Source of the DNA: Alphaproteobacteria bacterium
GTDB taxonomy: Bacteria > Pseudomonadota > Alphaproteobacteria > SHVP01
Length of the DNA: 60,590 nt
Direction of reading: 5' to 3'
Assembly: GCA_947473325.1 (NCBI GenBank)
Contig: CANJEJ010000005.1
Span: forward strand, 1-60,590
Part shown: positions 8,330 to 18,050 of the stretch, in pieces
How positions within the stretch are numbered: the stretch's first letter is position 1
How the letters are laid out: the number at the start of each line of letters is the position of its first letter
The notes under the pieces: model-generated
Database searches by the model: none
What the model was told of the DNA's origin: nothing
The model's input: only the letters and a program-made list of their open reading frames with translations
Made by a program: the position numbers and the translations under genes

Positions 8330-8686
8330 ATGAAATCGCTCGCCGGCCTCACGCCGGAAGCAGCGTTCGACTTCTTGGTCTTCATCGTCGCCCTGATCCT
8401 GGCGCTGGCCCTGCTGCTGTGGACCTTCCGCGTGGGGCGCGGCTGGCTGACGCGGGCATCGCTGACGGTGCCCGAGCGCCGCGCGCTGCAGGGCCACATG
8501 AAATCGCTGGGCAACCTCGCGCTGTTCTGCACGGCGGGCATCGGAGTCAGCTACCTCGCCGATCCGCATGGACCACTGCTGCGCGTGCTGTCGCCAGAGG
8601 GCGCCCTGCTGTTCGCCGGAGCAACCATCCCCTTCTTCGCCGTGCTGCGGCTGGCGGCGCGGCGGGTCGACCGGGAGATTGCCTGA
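8330..8686 (+). CDS. Hypothetical membrane protein
   Basis: 118-aa ORF, about 3 hydrophobic segments, same strand and closely spaced. Confidence 0.55.
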   Translation: MKSLAGLTPEAAFDFLVFIVALILALALLLWTFRVGRGWLTRASLTVPERRALQGHMKSLGNLALFCTAGIGVSYLADPHGPLLRVLSPEGALLFAGATIPFFAVLRLAARRVDREIA

Positions 8687-8705
8687 GCGACCCGCCGTCG
8701 CGCGA

Positions 8706-9542
8706 TCAGTAGGTCCGCGACCGCTTGCAGGGGAAGCGCGACTTCGCCGCCGCTTCTTCCGGCGGCAGTTTCGAATCCCACAGCTTCGCGACATAGCGGT
8801 CGCCCGCCTTGCCGTTCGACAGGTCGGAGACGAGATACTGGATCGGCGGCACCATGATCTCGGGTTCGAACAGGTTGCCGTCGGCACCGGTGCGCGTCTT
8901 GTCGTTGAGGTCGCCGGGAATCATCTTGGTGTTGGTGGCGCCGCCGGGCAGCAGCGCGTTCACCGTCACGCCGGTACCTTCAAGGTCCTGCGCCATGATC
9001 ACGGTCTGGCCCTCGCAGGCCCATTTCGACGCGCCATAGGGCAGGTAGCCCTTTCGCTGCATGGTGATGAGGCTGGTGGAGACATTGACCACGCGGCCCC
9101 AGCCTTCCTTCAGCAGATAGGGCACCGCCGCCTTGGTCATCAGGAAGATGCCGGTGATGTTGGTGTCCATCATCATCCGCCAGGTGTCGCTTGGGATGTC
9201 CCAGAAATGCGGGCGCGCCTTGGTGAAGTCGTTGTGGACATAGGACATGCCGCGGCCGGCGTTGTTCACCAGCACATGGATATGGCCGAATTTCCTGTGC
9301 GTCTCCGTCATCACCCGTTCGCAGTCGGCATCCTTGCCGACGTCGGCCTGGACGGTGAGCACGCAGTCGGGCCCGCCGATGCGGCGGCAGTCTTCCGCCG
9401 TCTGCGCCAGTTCCGCACCTTCGCGCGACGCGGTGATCGCAACCTTGGCGCCTTCCTTGACAAGGCCGAGCGCCATGGCGCGCCCCAGGCCACGCCCGCC
9501 GCCGGTAATGATGACGACCTTGTCGCGAATGGACGGATGCAT
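8706..9542 (-). CDS. SDR family oxidoreductase
   Basis: TGGGRGLG, VNNAG, YGASK. Confidence 0.9.
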   Translation of the reverse strand: MHPSIRDKVVIITGGGRGLGRAMALGLVKEGAKVAITASREGAELAQTAEDCRRIGGPDCVLTVQADVGKDADCERVMTETHRKFGHIHVLVNNAGRGMSYVHNDFTKARPHFWDIPSDTWRMMMDTNITGIFLMTKAAVPYLLKEGWGRVVNVSTSLITMQRKGYLPYGASKWACEGQTVIMAQDLEGTGVTVNALLPGGATNTKMIPGDLNDKTRTGADGNLFEPEIMVPPIQYLVSDLSNGKAGDRYVAKLWDSKLPPEEAAAKSRFPCKRSRTY

Positions 9543-9776
9543 CGACCTTCTCCCTGACTGGTTCCCGGCTGCCGTCATACGGCGGCCCGCTGCGATGCAC
9601 AATCCCCCCGGCGGGAGCGCCCACCCACCGGACGATGCGCACGGGGTCCGTTTGCACCATGCGGTGTTCCGTCACGCATGAAACAGGGGCCGTTATCGGC
9701 GATCAGGCAATTCCACTTGCTCGCGCGCTGCTCTAAGATGCCTGCCAACAAACCAGAAAAAGTCCCGGAGGACTGC

Positions 9777-10559
9777 ATGACCGCCACTGGCAGCGCGCCC
9801 ACGCGCACCGGTCCCGTATGGACCGACAAGGGCGAGTATCGCGTCGTCGTCGAGCCGAACCCGCGCCGCATCCGCGTCTTCTTCAACGGCGCCACCATCG
9901 CCGATTCGCGCAACATGCGCCTGCTGCACGAGACACGCCACTCGCCGGTCTATTACTTCCCGTTCGAAGACGTGGCGATGCAATACCTGACCAAGACGGC
10001 GCACAGCACGCATTGCCCGCACAAGGGCGACGCGTCCTACTGGAGCATCAAGGTCGGCGACAAGGTGGCCGAGAACGCGATCTGGGCGTACGAGAACCCG
10101 ATCGACAGGCAGCCGGAGCTGAAGGGCCTGTGCGCCTTTTACTGGAACCGCGTCGACAAGTGGATGGAGGAGGATGAGGAAATCCTGATCCATCCCAAGA
10201 ACCCCTACTGGCGCGTCGATGTGGTGAAGAGTTCGCGCCATGTTCAGGTCAAGGTGGGCGGCGAGGTAATCGCCGATTCGAAGCGCCCGATGGTGCTGTT
10301 CGAGACCGGCCTGCAACCGCGCTATTACCTGCCGCGCGAGGACGTGCGGATGGACAAGCTGGTCCGCACCGATCTCCGCACCGGCTGCCCCTACAAGGGC
10401 CATGCGTCCTATTGGTCGCTCAAGGCCGGGGACCAGACGCTGGAAAATGTCGTCTGGTCCTATGAAGACCCGCTGCCCGAATCCGAGCGCGTGCGCGGTC
10501 TCGTAGCCTTCTGGTCAGAGAAGATCGACGCGGTAACGGTCGACGGCCAGCGCATCTAG
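9777..10559 (+). CDS. Tandem DUF427 domain protein
   Basis: Two repeats with YYFP/YYLP, THCPHKGDASYW and TGCPYKGHASYW, WAYENP/WSYEDP. Confidence 0.88.
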   Translation: MTATGSAPTRTGPVWTDKGEYRVVVEPNPRRIRVFFNGATIADSRNMRLLHETRHSPVYYFPFEDVAMQYLTKTAHSTHCPHKGDASYWSIKVGDKVAENAIWAYENPIDRQPELKGLCAFYWNRVDKWMEEDEEILIHPKNPYWRVDVVKSSRHVQVKVGGEVIADSKRPMVLFETGLQPRYYLPREDVRMDKLVRTDLRTGCPYKGHASYWSLKAGDQTLENVVWSYEDPLPESERVRGLVAFWSEKIDAVTVDGQRI

Positions 10560-10612
10560 TTTTCGTCTTTTTCTTCTTTTTCGTTCCTTTCTCTCCTGCT
10601 GCAGGAAACCCC

Positions 10613-11485
10613 ATGCCGACCAAGAAATTCACCTCGCTCCCCGACCTGCTGAAACGCCCCGAGACCCTGGTGGTGCCGGGCGGCGGCACGGCGCTGGAGC
10701 TTCGGCTGGCGCAGCTCGCCGGGTTCGAGGCGGGCTATGTCTCGGGCTATGCCACCTCGGCGGCGGTGTTCGGCGTGCCCGACGTCGGCCTCATTGCCTA
10801 TAACGAGGTGGAATCCAATGTGCGCGCCATCCGCGGCGCCACCGACTTCCCGCTGATCGTCGACTGCGACACCGGCTATGGCGACATTGCCAACGTGCAG
10901 CGCACCGTGCGCGGCCTGGAGCAGGCCGGCGCCGCCGCGCTGCAGTTCGAGGACCAGAAATGGCCGAAGAAATGCGGCCACATGGAAGGCAAGCTGGTCG
11001 AGCCGCTCGACATTGCCGTCGCCCGCATCAAGGCCGCCGTCGCCGCGCGCTCGTCCAAGGACTTCCTGATCGTGGCGCGCACCGATGCGCGTTCGCCGCT
11101 CGGCTTCGACGCCGCCATCGACCGCCTGCGCGCTTACAAGGAAGCGGGCGCCGACATCCTGTTCATGGACGCGCCCTATTCGCGCGAGGAACTGGAGAAG
11201 ACCGCCGCCGCCCTGCCGGGCCCCAAGGTCGCCAACATGTCGGAAACCGGCAAGACGCCGCTGTTCTCGGCCAAGGAACTGGGTGAGATGGGCTACAAGA
11301 TCGCCCTCTTCCCCAGCAGCACGCTGCGCGTGATGGTCCGCAACATCGCCCTGTTCCTTGGCGACCTGAGGAAGACCGGCGATTCGCGCCCATGGCTCGA
11401 CCGCATGGCCTCGCTCGACGAGACAAACGAGGCGCTCGGCCTGCCCGAGCTCAACGCGATCGGCGACAAGATCCGCGCCGCCTGA
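10613..11485 (+). CDS. Isocitrate lyase/PEP mutase superfamily lyase (methylisocitrate lyase / dimethylmalate lyase-like)
   Basis: DCDTGYG, EDQKWPKKCGH, ARTDA. Confidence 0.88.
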   Translation: MPTKKFTSLPDLLKRPETLVVPGGGTALELRLAQLAGFEAGYVSGYATSAAVFGVPDVGLIAYNEVESNVRAIRGATDFPLIVDCDTGYGDIANVQRTVRGLEQAGAAALQFEDQKWPKKCGHMEGKLVEPLDIAVARIKAAVAARSSKDFLIVARTDARSPLGFDAAIDRLRAYKEAGADILFMDAPYSREELEKTAAALPGPKVANMSETGKTPLFSAKELGEMGYKIALFPSSTLRVMVRNIALFLGDLRKTGDSRPWLDRMASLDETNEALGLPELNAIGDKIRAA

Positions 11486-11490
11486 TCGCC

Positions 11491-11985
11491 ATGGCGACCC
11501 CGCAAGGGCGGGTACCGGCAACGGCGGCGCTGCGCTGCGACCATGTCGCCTTGCAGTGCTATGACGTGGACGAGACCCACCGTTTCTATGCCGAGGTGCT
11601 GGGCTTGCCCCTCGTCGACTGCCAGTCGGGCGATGACTGGGGCGGCAAGGCCTGGCTGATGATGGTCTTCGCGCTGGGCGATGGCCGGCGCATTGCCCTG
11701 TGCACGTTCAAGGGCACGCGCAAGCCCGCGCAGCGTGACCGGCCGCCCGATCTGCCGCATGTCGCCTTCGCGGCGGGCTCGCGCCGCACGCTCGGCCGCT
11801 GGAAGACGCGGCTGCGCGGTGCCGGCGTGGCGATCCAGGAGGAAAGCCATGGCGCGCAGCAGTCGATCTATTTCAGCGACCCCAATGGCCTGGTGCTGGA
11901 AATCACCGCGCCCGCCGGCCGGCCGCAGGCGCGGCCCAACGCCGTCGCCACCGCCCATGTGCGGCGCTGGATCAGCAAGAAGTAG
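11491..11985 (+). CDS. VOC/glyoxalase family protein
   Basis: DHVALQC, FYAEVLGLPL, HVAF, SIYFSDPNGLVLE. Confidence 0.88.
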   Translation: MATPQGRVPATAALRCDHVALQCYDVDETHRFYAEVLGLPLVDCQSGDDWGGKAWLMMVFALGDGRRIALCTFKGTRKPAQRDRPPDLPHVAFAAGSRRTLGRWKTRLRGAGVAIQEESHGAQQSIYFSDPNGLVLEITAPAGRPQARPNAVATAHVRRWISKK

Positions 11986-11996
11986 CGGCGAATAGG

Positions 11997-12419
11997 TTAG
12001 TGCACCCGGTCCTGCGGCGTCGGGCCTTCCTTGACGAAGGCGCGGGCAACCGGCGAGGCATGGTGGTGCGTCATCTTCCATGCGCCATCCTCGCGCACGA
12101 AGACATTGGTCGCGGCGAGCAGGTTGTTGCCCACCGCCTCGTTGCAGGTGACGAAGGCGACATCGCCATAGAGCAGCGCATGCGGCTCCAGACACGTCAC
12201 GCGCACGCGGGCCTCGCGGCCGCTGTCGAGAATCCCTTTCCAGCTGTCGAGAATGCGGGCGCGGTCGTGCAGCGCCGTCCATCCCGGATGCGTGCAGGCG
12301 ACGGGCGCGGCGGCGGCCCACAACGTGTCCATCGCCGCGACATCACCGCTTTCGAAGGCGCGGTAGAAGGCGGCATTGGCGGCGATGACAGCGGATTCGT
12401 CGGAAGGTTTCTTGGCCAT
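11997..12419 (-). CDS. SnoaL-like / NTF2 family protein
   Basis: AANAAFYRAFESGD, CTHPGW, ATNVF..EDGAWKMTHHHAS. Confidence 0.88.
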   Translation of the reverse strand: MAKKPSDESAVIAANAAFYRAFESGDVAAMDTLWAAAAPVACTHPGWTALHDRARILDSWKGILDSGREARVRVTCLEPHALLYGDVAFVTCNEAVGNNLLAATNVFVREDGAWKMTHHHASPVARAFVKEGPTPQDRVH

Positions 12420-12463
12420 GGCAACGATGGTGCCTATCCCGGCCCGCCAAGGCGAACCCTAAG

Positions 12464-12514
12464 TTATCCACAGCATCTGGCGCTGTTTCCTGTGGATAAC
12501 CACTACATGTAGTG
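12464..12514. promoter_or_regulatory. Two inverted perfect DnaA boxes interleaved with two NrdR-like boxes
   Basis: TTATCCACA 12464-12472; TGTGGATAA 12491-12499; CACAGCATCTGGCG at 12469 and palindrome CACTACATGTAGTG at 12501 (32 bp apart). Confidence 0.65.
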
Positions 12515-12628
12515 ACAGCTCCGTTGACTCCCCCAAGGGAGGGCTTACACCATCGGCTTGCTTCGGCGGCGCGCCGAAGGCCGTGGCCAACAAATGCAGG
12601 CCGGATTTCCGGGCTGGAAGGGGGAAGC

Positions 12629-12859
12629 ATGTCGGACTGGTTCACCATGGTGAAAACCTGGATCTACCGCTTGGTGGAACTCGGCCTCGCGCTCATCGCG
12701 CTGGGCGTGATCGTGCAGATCCTGTTCGGCAACACGCCGTTCCTCGGCGCCGACATCGTCGGCAACCTGACCGGCCTGATCGGCGCGCTGGGCGACAACG
12801 GCCTTGTCGGCCTGATTGCGCTCGCCATCATCCTCTGGCTCTTCATTAAGAAGCCGTAG
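12629..12859 (+). CDS. Small hypothetical membrane protein (76 aa)
   Basis: MSDWFTMVKTW...QILFGNTPFLGADIVGNL...GLVGLIALAIILWLF; purine-rich RBS; hairpin plus T-rich tract after the stop. Confidence 0.75.
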   Translation: MSDWFTMVKTWIYRLVELGLALIALGVIVQILFGNTPFLGADIVGNLTGLIGALGDNGLVGLIALAIILWLFIKKP

Positions 12860-12885
12860 CCGCCTGCTGCGGCTTGCTTGGGCGG

Positions 12886-12925
12886 GGGCCCGGTCTCCGA
12901 TTCGCGGAGCCCGGGCCCTTCTCTT
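12886..12925 (+). terminator. Probable intrinsic terminator
   Basis: GGGCCCGG.CTCCG-ATTCG-CGGAG.CCGGGCCC followed by TTCTCTT. Confidence 0.55.
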
Positions 12926-12958
12926 GTCGGCACCTGCGCCACGGCGCATAACGGCGGC

Positions 12959-13531
12959 ATGACCCGACCGCCGCGCGAGAAGAAGCCGCCGCGCCCGCTC
13001 ACCGAAGAGCGGCTGCGCAAGGCCGCGCTGCATTACCTCGAACGCTTCACCACGTCGGCCGGCAACCTGCGCACAGTGCTGGAACGGCGCGTGCGCAAGA
13101 ACGCCATGGCGGGGCTGGAAACGCCCGAGGCCGAGGCCTGGATCGAGCGCATCGTTACCAGCCTGGTCGCCGCCGGCGTGATCGACGACCGCGCCTATGC
13201 CGAGATGCGCGCGGCGAGCCTGGTGCGCGCTGGCCGCAGCCGCGCCCGCATCAAGGCCACGCTGCAGCAAAAGCGCGTCGACCCCGCCGCGCTTGACGGC
13301 GCGCTCGAGCAGCTGCAGGAAGACCAGCCCAATGCCGATCTGGTCGCCGCGGTGAATTTCGCCCGCCGCCGCCGGCTCGGGCCCTATGCCGTCGGCGACC
13401 GCGCGGCACGGCGGCTGAAGGACATGGCCGCGCTCGCCCGCGCCGGCTTCTCCTCGGCCATTGCCCGCCGCGTCGTCGATGCCGAGGATATCGAAGCCCT
13501 CACCGCGCAACTGGAAGACGACCCGTCATGA
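12959..13531 (+). CDS. recX: RecX family regulator
   Basis: AALHYLERF, GVIDDRAYA, GRSRARI, FARRRRLGP, ALARAGFS. Confidence 0.85.
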   Translation: MTRPPREKKPPRPLTEERLRKAALHYLERFTTSAGNLRTVLERRVRKNAMAGLETPEAEAWIERIVTSLVAAGVIDDRAYAEMRAASLVRAGRSRARIKATLQQKRVDPAALDGALEQLQEDQPNADLVAAVNFARRRRLGPYAVGDRAARRLKDMAALARAGFSSAIARRVVDAEDIEALTAQLEDDPS

Positions 13532-14331
13532 CCGCGCGCCCCGCCCCGCAGCCGATCGTGCAGATCGACGCCTTCACCGACCAGCCCTTTACCGGCAACC
13601 CCGCCGCCGTCTGCCTGCTGACCGGCCCGCGCGACGCGGCCTGGATGCAGGCGGTCGCGATGGAGAAGAACCTGTCGGAGACCGCCTTCGTGCAGCGCCG
13701 CGCCGACGGCAGCTTCGACCTGCGCTGGTTCACGCCGGGGGCCGAGGTCGACCTGTGCGGCCATGCCACGCTCGCCAGCGCGCATCTCCTGTGGGAACAG
13801 GGCCACCTGCGCCCGCAGGACGCGGCCCGCTTCCACACCCGCTCCGGCCTGCTCACCTGCACGAAGGACGGCGGCTGGATCGAGATGGATTTCCCCGCCC
13901 TGCCGGCGCACGCCATCGACATGCCGGCCGGCATCGAACCCGTGCTCGGTGCGAAGCCGCTGCGCGCCGCGCGGTCGAAATGGAACCTGCTGCTCGAACT
14001 CGGCAGCGAGGCCGAGCTGCGGGCGATGACGCCGGATTTCGCCGGCCTGAAGGCCTTTTCCGACCATGGCATCATGGTCACGGCAAAAGGCAGCGGTGTG
14101 TTTGATTTCGTCTCGCGCTATTTCGCGCCGTCGATCCGCGTCAACGAAGACCCGGTGACGGGGTCGGCGCACTGCACGCTGGCGCCCTGGTGGGGCGAGC
14201 GGTTGGGCAGGAAGCGCATGCTCGCCTTCCAGGCATCGGCGCGCGGCGGCGTGATCCGTGTCGAGCCGAGGGGTGAGCGCGTGTTGCTCGCCGGCCAGGC
14301 GGTAACGGTGATGGAGGGACGGCTTCTTTAA
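13528..14331 (+). CDS. PhzF family isomerase
   Basis: DAFT..PFTGNPAAV, NLSETAF, EVDLCGHATLA, EDPVTGSAH. Confidence 0.93.
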   Translation: MTARPAPQPIVQIDAFTDQPFTGNPAAVCLLTGPRDAAWMQAVAMEKNLSETAFVQRRADGSFDLRWFTPGAEVDLCGHATLASAHLLWEQGHLRPQDAARFHTRSGLLTCTKDGGWIEMDFPALPAHAIDMPAGIEPVLGAKPLRAARSKWNLLLELGSEAELRAMTPDFAGLKAFSDHGIMVTAKGSGVFDFVSRYFAPSIRVNEDPVTGSAHCTLAPWWGERLGRKRMLAFQASARGGVIRVEPRGERVLLAGQAVTVMEGRLL

Positions 14332-15338
14332 TCCGTGACCCGTCCCGCAACCGGAAAACGCGGGTCGGTGAAGCCATGCGTCGACATATGGCCGGGCGCG
14401 ACCAGGGCGTTGACGAAGGCTTCGTCCTCGGCCTGCCAGCTGCGGCCGATGATGCCGAGATAATCCTGCCACTGGTCGAGCGTGCGCGGCCCGGCAATGA
14501 CCGAAGTGATCAGCCGGTTGTTGAGACACCACAGCGTCGCGAACTGTACCGGCGACAGGTTCCGCTCGCGTGCCCGCGCCACCATCTTTTCCGCCACCGC
14601 CATCGAATCCGGGCGGAATTCGGCCTCGAGCATGCGCGAGTCCTTGCGCGCGGCGCGGCTGCCCTCGGGCGGCGCGGCACCGGCCCGGTACTTGCCGGTG
14701 AGGATGCCGCGTGCGAGCGGCGAGAAGTTGGCGACACCGAGACCGAAGTGCCCGCAGGCCGGCAGCACCTCCACCTCGGGCAGGCGGTTGACCGCGCTGT
14801 AGTTGGGCTGGCAGATCACCGGCTTCGGCACGCCCATCTTCTCGCAGACATGGACGATCTCGGCGATGCGCCAGCCGGAGAAGTTGGAGACGCCGAAATA
14901 GAGGATGCGGCCATCGGCGATCTCCCGCCCCAGCGCATCGACGGTTTCCTCGAGCGGCGTCTTCGCATCGTCGACATGCAGATACAGGATATCGACATGG
15001 TCGGTGCCCAGCCGCTGCAGGCTGCCGTCGATTGCGCCGCGAATCGCCTTGCGCCCGGCGCCGCGCTGGTTGATGCCCGGCCCGAAGGGGTTGGCGAGCT
15101 TGGTCGCGATCACCCAGTTGTCGCGGTCGCTCTTCACCAGCGCGCCGGTGATGCGTTCCGATTCGCCGCCCTGATAGACATTCGCCGTGTCGATGAAATT
15201 GACGCCCGCGTCGCGCGCTGCGCCGACGATGCGTCCGGCCTCGGTGGCGTCCGTCGGCCCGCCGAACATCATCACGCCGAGACAGAGCGGCGACACCTTG
15301 AGACCGCTGTCGCCGACGCGGCGGTATTCGATGGGCAT
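14328..15338 (-). CDS. Aldo/keto reductase
   Basis: GLKVSPLCLG, FIDTANVY, IATK, SLQRLGTDHVDILYLH, FSPLARGIL. Confidence 0.92.
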   Translation of the reverse strand: MPIEYRRVGDSGLKVSPLCLGVMMFGGPTDATEAGRIVGAARDAGVNFIDTANVYQGGESERITGALVKSDRDNWVIATKLANPFGPGINQRGAGRKAIRGAIDGSLQRLGTDHVDILYLHVDDAKTPLEETVDALGREIADGRILYFGVSNFSGWRIAEIVHVCEKMGVPKPVICQPNYSAVNRLPEVEVLPACGHFGLGVANFSPLARGILTGKYRAGAAPPEGSRAARKDSRMLEAEFRPDSMAVAEKMVARARERNLSPVQFATLWCLNNRLITSVIAGPRTLDQWQDYLGIIGRSWQAEDEAFVNALVAPGHMSTHGFTDPRFPVAGRVTD

Positions 15339-15398
15339 GGGCGGGTTCCTGCTTCTGAAGACGGCGATTCGTGGCATGCCGGGGGATGCACATCAACC

Positions 15399-15884
15399 CT
15401 AGCGTTCGCGCAGCCGGATCACCTCGTCAACCGGAATGCCCCAGAAGCCGCGGCGCTGGGCGCGGGCGATGCGTTCAAGCGTGACATAGTCGAAGGGCGC
15501 ATCCGGCGCCGCCACCGCCCAGCCTTCGCGCAGCAGGAAGGCGGCGAGGTCTTCGGCCGGCCCGCCCGGGCTGGGCACATGGGTGCAGCGACCGACGATG
15601 GTGCCGTCGGGATCGTGGGCACGTTCCTCGCAACGCACGAAGCCGCGCAGGCGGCCATCGAGGGCGAGTGCGGTGCGCGAGCCGCAACGGGTGGGCGCGG
15701 CCTCGCGCCGGCAGGTGCGGCTGGTGTCGGGAATGTGGATACCGGCAAGCCGCACGGTCTGGTCGGCAAGGCGCAAGCTCGCGTCGTCTCGCACAGTGGC
15801 ATAGCTGACGATCTCGGCCCGCGCGGGCCCGGCCAGACCCAGAACGACGGCAATCAGAAACGCTGTGCAAACCCTGTCGCCCAT
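15399..15884 (-). CDS. Exported thermonuclease (SNase)-like protein with a degenerate active site
   Basis: Signal peptide; VRDDASL, VRLAGIHIPD, LLREGWA, ARAQRRGFWG. Confidence 0.75.
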   Translation of the reverse strand: MGDRVCTAFLIAVVLGLAGPARAEIVSYATVRDDASLRLADQTVRLAGIHIPDTSRTCRREAAPTRCGSRTALALDGRLRGFVRCEERAHDPDGTIVGRCTHVPSPGGPAEDLAAFLLREGWAVAAPDAPFDYVTLERIARAQRRGFWGIPVDEVIRLRER

Positions 15885-15909
15885 GGCGGACCCGTGCTCT
15901 ACTGCGCCC

Positions 15910-16578
15910 ATGTCACTGGGCGCGCAGGGCGTGTTGCTGACCTGGACCGAGATCCCCGTGGAGCTCGAGGCCGAATATCACGCCTGGTACAACGATAAGC
16001 ACCTTGGCCAACGCCTGGCCATGCCCGGCTTCCTGCGTTGCCGCCGCTATGCCGCGGTCAGCGGCGGGCCGCGCTTCCTCGCCACATACGAAACCCGGAC
16101 CATCGAGGATCTCGTCTCCGGCCCCTATCTCGCCCTGATCAGCCGGCCCGACGCCCAGGACAGCCGCATCATGGGCGCCTTCACCACGCTGGAACGCCTG
16201 ACCTGCCGCATCACCTTTGACCGCCGCAGCGGCGTGGGCGGCGCGCTCGGCGTGCTGCGCTTCTTCCCGCCGCCCTCGGCCATGGTGGCCCTGCGCCGCT
16301 GGTTGGCGGAGGAAGCCTTGCCGGCCCTGACCGACCGCACCGGCGTGCTGGGTGCCGGCCTGTGGGAGAACGACCTGGGCATCGCCAACGGCCCCGCCCG
16401 CGTGCCGGGCCTGAAGCTGCCCACCGTGAACGAAGCAGAATGGGTGATCTTCGCCGAAGGCACCGATGCCGAAACCGTCGCCGCCGCGCTGACCGATTGC
16501 GCGCTGGCGCCACGGATCGGCAACAAGCCGGTCCGCAGCGCCATCTATCGCCTCATGGTCTCGCTGACGCGGGACTGA
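15910..16578 (+). CDS. Hypothetical protein, EthD/dimeric alpha-beta barrel-like
   Basis: EYHAWYNDKHL..RLAMPGF.RCRRY pattern. Confidence 0.7.
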   Translation: MSLGAQGVLLTWTEIPVELEAEYHAWYNDKHLGQRLAMPGFLRCRRYAAVSGGPRFLATYETRTIEDLVSGPYLALISRPDAQDSRIMGAFTTLERLTCRITFDRRSGVGGALGVLRFFPPPSAMVALRRWLAEEALPALTDRTGVLGAGLWENDLGIANGPARVPGLKLPTVNEAEWVIFAEGTDAETVAAALTDCALAPRIGNKPVRSAIYRLMVSLTRD

Positions 16579-16587
16579 CGTTGCGCG

Positions 16588-17928
16588 TCAGGCCGCCCGC
16601 ACCTCTGCCGGATTGAGCCGGCTCAGCATCCTCGCCGCCTGCGCGCTGTATGGCTTCAGCGTCGCACGCTGCTTGACGAAGCCGCGGGCCGTGGCACGGT
16701 CACCTTAGCGCAGCGCGGCTTCCGTCATCGTCCAGTGAATCAGGTCGCGCTGGGCATTGCTGCCGCCGAAGCGCACGGCAATGCCCTTGATGCGGCGCAG
16801 GCCTTCCACCGCCTCGCCATAGCGCCCCGCTTTGAAGGCATGCAGCGCGCGAACCAGCGGCAGGCCGACATCGCGCGTCATCATGCCATTGGTGCGGCTG
16901 TCGTCCTCTGCCGCCTCGTCCATGGCGACGAAGGTCTCGCGCAACAGGTCGCAGCGGCCGGCGAGCAGGAAGGCCATGGCGGCATGGGCATCGCTGAAGG
17001 CGTAGAGCCCATCCCGCGCGCGCGGCGCCCAGGCGTCGGCCAGTTCCTGCGCCCGTCCGGCGACATCGACGCCGGTCAGATTAAGGCGCCACAACATCGC
17101 CGAGGCATCCACCATGTCGAGCACCACCGGCGAGCGGGTCGCCCGGACTTGCGAGTCATAGAGTTCCAGCACACGGTCGGTCTCGCCACGGTCAAGATGA
17201 AACAGGGCGAGATGCCACCAGTTGTGAATGGCAAAGAAATTCTCCGGCACCCAGCCGTCCTTCGTCTCGCTGAGCCAGGCAATGCCGTCGGCGCTGCGGC
17301 CTTCCATTTCCAGCACGTGGGCAACGGCATGGACGGCCCATGCGTCCCGCGCGTCGTGCTCGACGGCGCGGCGTCCGGCGCGTTCGGCGGCGACATAGTC
17401 GCCCATTTCTTCCAGCCCGAAGGCGTGCATGCCCAGGACATGGCCGAAGCCTGGCACACCTGAGTCCCACCGCGGCAGAACGCGGCCGACGCGGTCGCGC
17501 AGGTTGATCGTGTCGCCCAGGTAGAAATCGACCGTGTGGCCCATCTGCAGCGCCAGCAGGTCGCGCGGATGATCCATCAGGATATCGTCGAGGATCCGGC
17601 TCGCGCCGACCAGGTCGCCGCGGAACCAGGCGCGTGCAGCGGCGAGGTGGCCTAGCTCGCGCGGCGTCAGCCCGGCGGTATAGCGTTCGGCGGTCTTCAG
17701 CGCCGCTTCGGCATCGCCGCGCGCCGACATCTCGGCACCGGAAATCAGCAGATGCGCGCGCATGACATGGGCGAGCGCAAAGGACGGGTCGAGGTCGGTC
17801 GCGGCCTGCAGCGCGGCCAGCGGATCGCCGGCATAGATGGAGAACAAGCGCTGGGCCTTCTCGAACTCCGCCAGGGCTTCCACGCTCGCCGTGGTGAGGG
17901 GGTAACCGCGAGCGTCGTTCCGGATCAT
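16588..17928 (-). CDS. TTC38-like tetratricopeptide repeat protein, interrupted by an in-frame TAA at 16705-16707 (possible pseudogene)
   Basis: GMHAFGLEE, DAWAVHAVAHV, HNWWHLAL, DASAMLWRL, FGGSNAQRDL; the frame continues 38 codons past the TAA to TGA at 16588. Confidence 0.8.
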
Positions 17929-18050
17929 TTTTTCCTCTCCTTGTTGGGCCCGGTCGTCAGCCGCCGGGTACCCCCAAGACATAGAACATCCCCTCGCCGC
18001 CCCCTATGAACCGGTTCACAATGGCCGGATGCCAGCCTGAGAGGGACCCC

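Noticed and set aside
10560-10600. Pyrimidine-rich tract TTTTCGTCTTTTTCTTCTTTTTCG
   Set aside because: No preceding hairpin and no other supporting structure; treated as low-complexity spacer.
12464-12499. DnaA box pair as oriC
   Set aside because: Only two boxes in a ~200-bp gap with no AT-rich unwinding element; fits a regulated promoter better.
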